A stretch of 28,354 nt of DNA, taken from positions 62,001 through 90,354 of the forward strand of contig NOWV01000250.1 of the NCBI GenBank assembly GCA_003344405.1. Direction: 5' to 3'. The position numbers and the translations under genes were made by a program. Positions 20,662 to 28,354 of this stretch are shown one piece after another. Each line of letters begins with the position of its first letter. Within the stretch, counting starts at the first letter, position 1. The notes beneath the pieces are model-generated. The model was not told the DNA's origin. It made no database searches and worked only from the letters and a program-made list of their open reading frames with translations. This DNA comes from Trichoplax sp. H2 (taxonomy: Eukaryota).

Positions 20662-23600
20662 AGCGTATCATTGGACACAGCTTCGCAATTTTAACCTTTT
20701 TTCTTTCTATTAATTGGAAATTTAGGAAATATTTGGTTACTCAAATCATGTAGACTAGATGTAGCTATCAAAATAATTTAAAGAATAACGTATTTTACTG
20801 ATATTCACTAAAAAATAAAATTAGGGCTGATTAGTTTATGGGCAGAGAGTTCGAAGGTAAAATTCTTATTACCTGCTTTGGGTACAAATTCAGGTAATTG
20901 TGGTAATTGAATTTTAATGCAGGTATCATTCGGATAGGTATATTACTTACCAGATTAATTGAATTAGTCCATATAGATTGAATTAAATAGTTTACTGTAT
21001 TTGAGCATATTTCTACAATTTCACGGCATGTTCTAAATATAAATAAATTACTGATTACAAGAATATGTATATCATAAATAACTTCAGCATATCGTCGAAA
21101 TATTTTACATCAACTCGAGTTACTATAGCTGTCAACTATTGAAAACCGTCATCAAAGCTGAAACAGTTTCAATAATCTGCGGATCATTAGTGCTAACTTG
21201 AGCGACGACAAAGACATCTTATCATAACATCGTCTATAAAGTATATTGCTTCAACATGATAATTTGAAGATTCATAAGAACCTAACTAAATGTGATTTTT
21301 CAAAACTTTGTTTCAGTTCTATAATTTTTATTCCAAAAGAATAATTAAAATTCAAAGTAAAAGGCTAAATTCAGGTACATATTCGTTACAAATCAATTTT
21401 CAGACTTTATGTCCAATACTTTTGAAAGTCTCATCATATGTTAGCATAAGTTTAACCACAGGGTATCTTTCTTTATCCTGGAATAAGCTAGGTTATGTAA
21501 AAAAATCTGTAATTAATCAGATTGTAAATTTTTATGTTAGCTGATAATTATAATGACTACTAGTATTATATCAGCAGATGTTATTTTTAATCAATTCTTT
21601 TCAAAACGATAGATTCCATTCCAAGGAATACTTAGAAACATTGCTCTGAATATTTTGCAGTATCGTTATAACATTAATAACATATGGTCTAGTGAATTGG
21701 TGAACCATGATATAATAAAAATAAAATAAATGGAAGCTTACTCATTCGAGCAATTATAAGAATCATAAGCGAAAGCATCATAGTCAAATAATACGATGCG
21801 GACTGATGGAAACATCATAAAATAGAATAATCAATGAAATAAGCCACTTTTTACCGGTGTAATGTATTTTATAAAAACTGAACGCATCGAAGATTATTTT
21901 AATACATGCAATTTATCGATAATTTCGGCAATATAATACAAATGTATTATTTGAGTTTCTACGCTTATAGAAATGTAACACAATATTCTATCATAAAAAG
22001 TTAGCAGAGTTTCTGCACACTAAAGTATCTCAATTCAGAAACAACTTTACTACTATTTGAAATCAACTTATAGCGTTAACCACGTTATGGTAGATTCTCG
22101 TTTGGATGTGGAGAAGGAGTAAATTTCTGTGTCAGGACGATCTTTTATGTCATTTTATGATAAAAACTGATCAATATTAGTAAAATAAATTGCTTTTATT
22201 TATTAACTTATGATAAGGGTCTCAAAAATATAACAAGAACCTAAAATTCTTTTGAACTTCAGCTTATAATTTGAATTATTTCTCTGCCAAGGTACGATAG
22301 TATTCACGCCATTCTCGAACTAGCTTACTAAATCCAATTTATTGATAACTCGTAGACTTCCTTTTCATTGTCAAAATACTACAAATTATAATAAAGACCT
22401 CATCCACGAATAAATATTTGCAAACTTCTAACAGGATCCGTTTTAAAACTGTTTTACGTAAATTTATACTCCTCCAAATAATTTACAATAAATAAATAGA
22501 ATTTCAACACTTAAAACTAAATTTGCGAGCAAAATATGTAATTAACATGCAAATAGCAAATGATCTAGATAAAATAAGTTCGAGGCAAAATGTTAAATAT
22601 ATACTCCACATTGTGCTGAGTATATATCATACAGTATCAAGTTACAGCAACTACACAGAATCAGTTACTATACAGAATAACGAAATCTAATAGTGAATTT
22701 ACGAAATTATTGAGAGCAAGTGACTTTATTTTAGTAAAAATTTGTAAAGTAATTGGTATTGCATGGTATTAAAGTAATTTCATGCAGAAATTTGGCCAGT
22801 TGCAAAGGTTACTTCATTTCCTACCATATTCTTACTCAGTTCCTACCGCCACAAATTCGTGGCATCTAAATGCTTGTACTTGCAATAATATCACTGAGTG
22901 TCTTTAAAAAATATGTAAAATAATTAAAACTGAACATTCAAATAGGATTAATATTAAAATAAGTGATCGCATAATGATCGACTTAAATCTATTTACTAGA
23001 TTAAAATTTTACTATTCTAAATAAATTACTGATCATTTATTAATTCTGGCATTTAATATAAAATAAATGGATAGTGATCTACTTGCAATTTTTCGTGATC
23101 TAAAAAACTATCTGTAACGATTGCAAAATAGCATGATCGTCAAAACATTAACGTTTAATCATAATTACTTTTATCGTATATAATTCACAATTATAATGGA
23201 TTACATGATCATTAAGATTACTTATGCAAACTTCACATTTAGCTTACATGAATTAAATTCTGCGAGTTAATTTAAAAGTGCAAATCTCTATGATCTAGCG
23301 CCTTAATAAATCTTATTTTTATACATGATGTTGCAAATTAAGCTGTTATATATACGTTCAATATACATAATTAGCGACTATACTATGGATAATCTTATAA
23401 CTGTATTTCCTTTACATATGTTATACAATTCCGCCTGCTTTGTCCATTAATACTAGAGTATTAGTCATGAGTAATATCCGTCCGAGAACTAACAGATATA
23501 ATTTATTACCAATATCAAGTGATCGGGTTTGTATTGTATGAATTGATTAAATATAAATCTTATAATGTAGACGTGTAAACTAAATTAATTACAGTAACCT

Positions 23601-23763
23601 ACATCTATGCTCCAATTCTAAATCAGTTATAATGCTATAACTATATTTAGATTATAATAGTTACATGAAAGAAAGTTATTATCCTAAAACTAAAATTCAC
23701 TACACATAGACTTAAAAGATTACAACAATACAGGGAAAACATACAAAATTTAGTACACGCACT

Positions 23764-23840
23764 TTAAGGTTTATTTTTAAGGAAATCACTTTGTGGCGTT
23801 TCGCTTCCTAGGCTAGTTTCCTCCCTATCAAACTTTTTCG
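23764..23840 (-). CDS. Putative terminal coding exon of gene B (AKKFDREETSLGSETPQSDFLKNKP*)
   Basis: TTTGGTCTTTAG acceptor in phase with the CAAG|GTATAT donor at 24099; open, less AT-rich island. Confidence 0.5.
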
Positions 23841-24054
23841 CTAAAGACCAAATACATACCATACGTATCAGTTATCAGGAAACTAAGTAACAAGTGATCA
23901 GTCCGATATTATATTATTTGTAAATAAACCACTGTAAAAGCATAGCGAATGAGCTATAGTACAATAGACTCGTTATTATTTACTAATAATATTTTTATAC
24001 ATACAATTCTACTTTAAATTTTTACCATATATTGGATTATTACTACAGAATATT

Positions 24055-25226
24055 CTAAAAGAAAAATACATCAATAACATATCTACTATGAAATATACCT
24101 TGAGCTTTTTTCGCTGTTTCTTGCCTCCAATGTTGAAATGCACCTCTCAATAATATACCAGATTTAGCTTCATTATAAAACACTGCTGAGGTTTTCTTAA
24201 CTTGTGAATTTTGCGGTTTCCATTTAGGAAATTTGGTCTTGCATACTTCAGCAATTTTTTTCATTAATAAATCGTACTCTTCTTCAAATTCCTGACTAAT
24301 TTCACCAATAACATCTTTCATTACTTTATTTAATAAAGCACGAATTAAGTCCAAACAATGAATTTTAGTGTCATCGTATATCGGTAGGTTTAAACTAATA
24401 CAAACATATGTATTTGGTATTGGTGAGCCAAAAGGTGGTAGTAAATCATTCAGTAGAGGTGATAACATATTATAATGTATAAATTGTGTGGCTTTACGAT
24501 CGTATTTGGCCCATACTTCGAAAAAACCTTGAATATCTTCTTCAGTTATGTTTGCAGAATCTGCTTCTACGCAATCTTGGTAATTATTTAAGATGACCGC
24601 AATAAACAGATTGATTAAGATAAACCAAGCCATAATCATATAGGTAATAATGTATATGGTAGCCAAAACGCGGCTTCCACAATTACCAGTAGGAATAATA
24701 GTGGTCTCATTAGTAGATGGTACACAATCAGGTGGTTGAATAGAAAGAGCATCAAGAAAATCAGTCCAGCCACTTGCTGTACTGAGTTGAATAAGTATAA
24801 TTGTTGCCTTTGTATAGGATTGAAAATTTAATGTATTATCAATTGTTCCTTGCTTTTTGACTCCTTTAAATAATGCTATGCCTACAATAGAGTATGTAAA
24901 TGATATGACACAAAGTAAAGCTGCTATATTTAGAAGGGCAGGTGCCGACGCTATTAACGACATCAATAATCGACGCATCCCACGAGCAGACCGTAATAGA
25001 CGCAGTATCCGAACAACCCGAAATATGCGCAAAATACGAATTATGGAAGGGCTGACTTTAAATGCTATTGATGGCAATGCACTTAAGATAATGCCAGCTA
25101 TCGACGCAATAACTACAATTAAATCAAAAATATTCCAGATATCTTTAAAAAAATACAAACGAAAGGCCAATAACTTTAAGACACATTCCAATATGTAGTA
25201 GGCTGTAAAAGCATAATTAATGTTAT
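24055..25226 (-). CDS. Gene B DIV S2-S6 and C-terminal exon
   Basis: Within ORF 24055..25266; P-loop LSTASGW. May splice out at 24099. Confidence 0.93.
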
Positions 25227-28200
25227 CTAAAAATCGATATAAGTCAATAACATAGCATACGTCCAATTTTATCTTAATTAATGAAATCTATACTGATAAT
25301 TGTATATTATATATAATATCTATTTTTAAAATAAGATTGAAATAACTTCAAGCAAGAATAGCATATTAATAAAGGATACTTAAGATAGTGGTGATTTGGG
25401 CCGACTGTTGGTAATGAGTAGCAGTCATAACCATAACATTAAATATGACCACAGCGATATTAAAGGCTTCATATCTTCTATCTTCAAAAAATACTCTTAA
25501 CTTATTTTGCCAGCCAAACTATCAAGACATATTCAAAATGATATGGAATAGAATTTAGACAATTAACTTAAATAATCCAACAGTAGCACCAATAAATTAC
25601 TTTTCTACAGTAGTATACGTATCTCACTATGACATTGAGGTTCATTTTAAGACTTTCCATAAAACATTAAGAACATGAGGTGATGTAAATGCTTGAAATT
25701 ATTGGGATTTTTAAATGTAATTGACCTTAGCTGGTGGTATTGATTTAACTAGTTTCGTTCGCATTAGCTTTTTCATCATCTTGTACCATTGCAATTGAGA
25801 TTCGGTAAAGAGCGATTCAATATTTTTACCTTTTCGCATTTCATACTGAAATTTTAAAAGTAGACATTGCAACTATTAAAATTCGAATTTAAGTCATGTT
25901 CTATCATATTAATCAGTAATCTATTCCCAAATTATAATTTTTAATATATTCAGTCCGCTAGAAATTTTCAATTATGCTACAGAAGCATTATAATTTCATC
26001 GTCAGCTTTTCTAGCAGTCATTCCTTCAAAATGCGTAAAGAATTTAATGATTTTCCCTTGAAGTTGGATTACTACGTATACGGGATATAAAACTATGTAT
26101 TGTGGCTGGTAGATATAGTACGATACAGCTAATGCCCAAAGATTGTAGAGGCTAAATGCTATTACTCAAATATGATCATGTTACTTGCGATGCTAGAATG
26201 CCATTTCGAAAAGGTGTATAGTGTACAGTATAAGCATGTAGTTTGATAAGTGCTAGTTTATCCTCTCTAATATTTCGTACTTGGCTGTTAATAATGTTAT
26301 CTTACTCTCTACTATTTAGCGTAAATATACGTATATAGATAAAGTAAATCTATTGCAGAAGCGAAGGCTATCGCTATATAATCACCGTAATGTAGGCAAC
26401 ACATTTCTATAATTTTGTGTTGTAATATCCAATTTAGTCTTTATAATACTGTGCAATGATTTCAGCTAATTGTAGTAGTACAGCAGAGTGGCTAATAGGA
26501 TGAGGCGGTGCACGCGTACTGTTTCTAGTATAAACTGGGATTCTCCCGTTAAGGCCGTATCTGATAGCCAAATTAGGGAATTACTCGATTTTGTAACACA
26601 AATTTTGGGTTACTTTGGCGAACCAACAGTAGTAGCAGGAGACTATTACTCGGTCATTACATACTGTTCTGCAAGCTACTAATTATATAATTAACAATAT
26701 CGCATCATTCCTAGCCATTTAACATAAAACTCCTTTAAAACTTTATAATATCATCTTAGCATTTATAATAGTTATTGTAGCTATTATCTTATCTATTTTA
26801 AATACTTAAAAGTGAAATCAACCGCTAACATCTGCTAAATCTTAGAATGATTCACTATATTTTAAATAATTATTAAATAATTTGCATAAACAAATTCTGC
26901 AAATACTTGGACATCAACCACAACGTCTATCGGCTTAAAATTTTTTGATAGGAGTCTAATAAGATTCCAAGCAAAATATGTTGGACGAAAAATTATCAGC
27001 TGGAGGTAAGCTACTTACGTTGAATCAAGTGTTAATCATACCATAAATTCTGTCAAGCGATTTTGTAAATTTTCGAGAACATTTAGACGCTTTTTTTACG
27101 GTACATTCGCGTATACGCGGTATCAAATCAGCATTAAAAATAATTCTTTAGTTTTATAACTACTAACCGCCTTCCTTGAATTATAAAAGTGATCAATGAT
27201 GACTCCAGCAATTAAATTTAGTGTTATAAACACTCCAACAACGATAAAGAGAATAATGAAGATTCGAGCTGGAGTATTAAAAAGAGCTTCTGGCATCAAA
27301 TTCCTCTATGTAAAGAAAGACAATGATAAATTAGGAATTCATGCTAATCACCGACACTTAATTAAGTAGCATCATAGTATAGCTGAATTAAACTAAAAAT
27401 ATCTTCAATTTCTAATTGTCGATTAATATGTTTAATTCTGTTATGATGATTATAATATTGAAGGGAAATTATAGTGTCATAATCTTATTACACCGCGAGC
27501 GTCGACGGCGTTTCGCATAATTGCCTTCCAACCATCCAAAGTTGCAATATGCAGTAACGCTAATAAAGCATTGCCTAAATTATCAAAATTAATACGATAT
27601 GGTTCCCAGAGATAGCCGTACATCAGACAATCTGTTCGGTTGGTTATATAATTAAAGGTTACAGATTTCAAATGCGAATTGACGCATCTAGAAAAGGCAC
27701 CAGCAAATAATTGTACCCCACAAATCGCAAAGACCAGCCAAAATATAGAACAAACCAAGAATACATTAAATATTGACGGTATCGATAGCAATAGAGCGGC
27801 CACTATGATCTAAAACATCATAAAAATTAAAAGTTGATTAATCAAAGACAGTAGAAGTGTCGGAACTGTATTTCAAATAATACTAAAGTTTCAAGCGAGT
27901 CAATTCTATTGATTAGACAAGAGATGAATTTATTCCCAACATTACCTGTAAATTGTTCATTCGTGGTATAATTCTAATAGAACGAAGAGAATTAACGATA
28001 TTATATAATTTCTTTTCTTCTGTGTCAAGGAAATAAGTTGCAAAAGATAACTATATAAAAATATCAATTAAGAACGATCAAAGTTGGTTAATATATTTAT
28101 ATTGATACAAAATATTTTTAAAGAACTCAATTATAGATGGCTTAACACTAATGCTATAAGCTGATTTCTAGATAGATATTGAAATTAGTGTTTCTCTGAT

Positions 28201-28354
28201 TTCAATGGTGTGTTATGCTATAATTCATATGTCATCATGATTAAGTATGATATGCAGTAAAGAAATCGAATCACAGGTATATGGTAGCATACGCATACAA
28301 ATTGTAATGAGTAATAGAAATGTCTTTGTTTCTATATAAAATTTACTTATTACT
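24055..28354 (-). CDS. Gene B (5' truncated by the window): paralogous Nav2-like alpha subunit, DIII S3 to C-terminus, filter ?-?-D-S
   Basis: Six exons with the same boundaries and phases as gene A exons 20-25 and strong protein similarity. Confidence 0.93.
25227..25379 (-). other. U12-type GT-AG intron (gene B, DIV S1-S2)
   Basis: Donor GTATCCTTTA, weak branch-like TTATTGAC, acceptor TTTTTAG; phase 1. Confidence 0.8.
25380..25518 (-). CDS. Gene B DIV S1 exon
   Basis: 139 nt, HYQQSA shared with gene A; ends at GTATCCTT. Confidence 0.9.
25726..25845 (-). CDS. Gene B DIII-DIV linker exon (SLFTESQLQWYKMMKKL)
   Basis: CAG acceptor, GTCAAT donor; paralog of 2343-2465. Confidence 0.9.
27168..27305 (-). 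CDS. Gene B DIII S6 exon
   Basis: GVFITLNLIAGVIIDHF; 138 nt; TAG acceptor, GTTAGT donor. Confidence 0.92.
27492..27809 (-). CDS. Gene B DIII S5/P-loop exon (HIATLDGW)
   Basis: Overlaps ORF 27477..27803; filter Asp at 27534-27536. Confidence 0.95.
27946..28050 (-). CDS. Gene B DIII S3-S4 exon (KLYNIVNSLRSIRIIPR)
   Basis: TAG acceptor, GTAATG donor; paralog of 5670-5786. Confidence 0.9.

Noticed and set aside
1891..25198. Plus-strand ORFs 1891..2130, 4526..4714, 9630..9842, 12534..12863 and 24857..25198
   Set aside because: Antisense shadows of channel exons with no recognisable protein features.
7144..26682. Isolated short ORFs 7144..7344, 8164..8346, 11178..11396, 16419..16625, 19350..19541, 21308..21544 and 26488..26682
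   Set aside because: Intronic, intergenic, in repeats or off-frame within an exon; 60-80 aa with no motifs, as expected by chance.

Overview
AT-rich, intron-containing animal DNA with two tandem minus-strand genes for four-domain voltage-gated sodium-channel (Nav2-like) alpha subunits. A placozoan-like early-branching animal is an inference, not shown. Gene A (about 20661->555) assembles by hand into 25 phase-consistent coding exons, about 2230 aa. Gene B (window end->about 24055/23764) shows only its 3' part, from DIII S3-S4 to the C-terminus. The channels are atypical. The selectivity filters are D-E-D-A (A) and ?-?-D-S (B). Both DIII voltage sensors have two outer Arg replaced by Asn. The IFM and IQ motifs are degenerate. 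Gene A has a ~650-aa DII-DIII linker with a 14-aa repeat array resembling LC8-binding motifs. There are three minor-spliceosome (U12-type) introns: one AT-AC, plus a paralogous pair that is AT-AG in gene A and GT-AG in gene B. Introns hold several degenerate tandem repeats and one dispersed ~450-500 bp repeat. No RNA genes, CRISPR arrays or transposase ORFs were seen. All exon models and alignments were done by eye, without transcript or database support.
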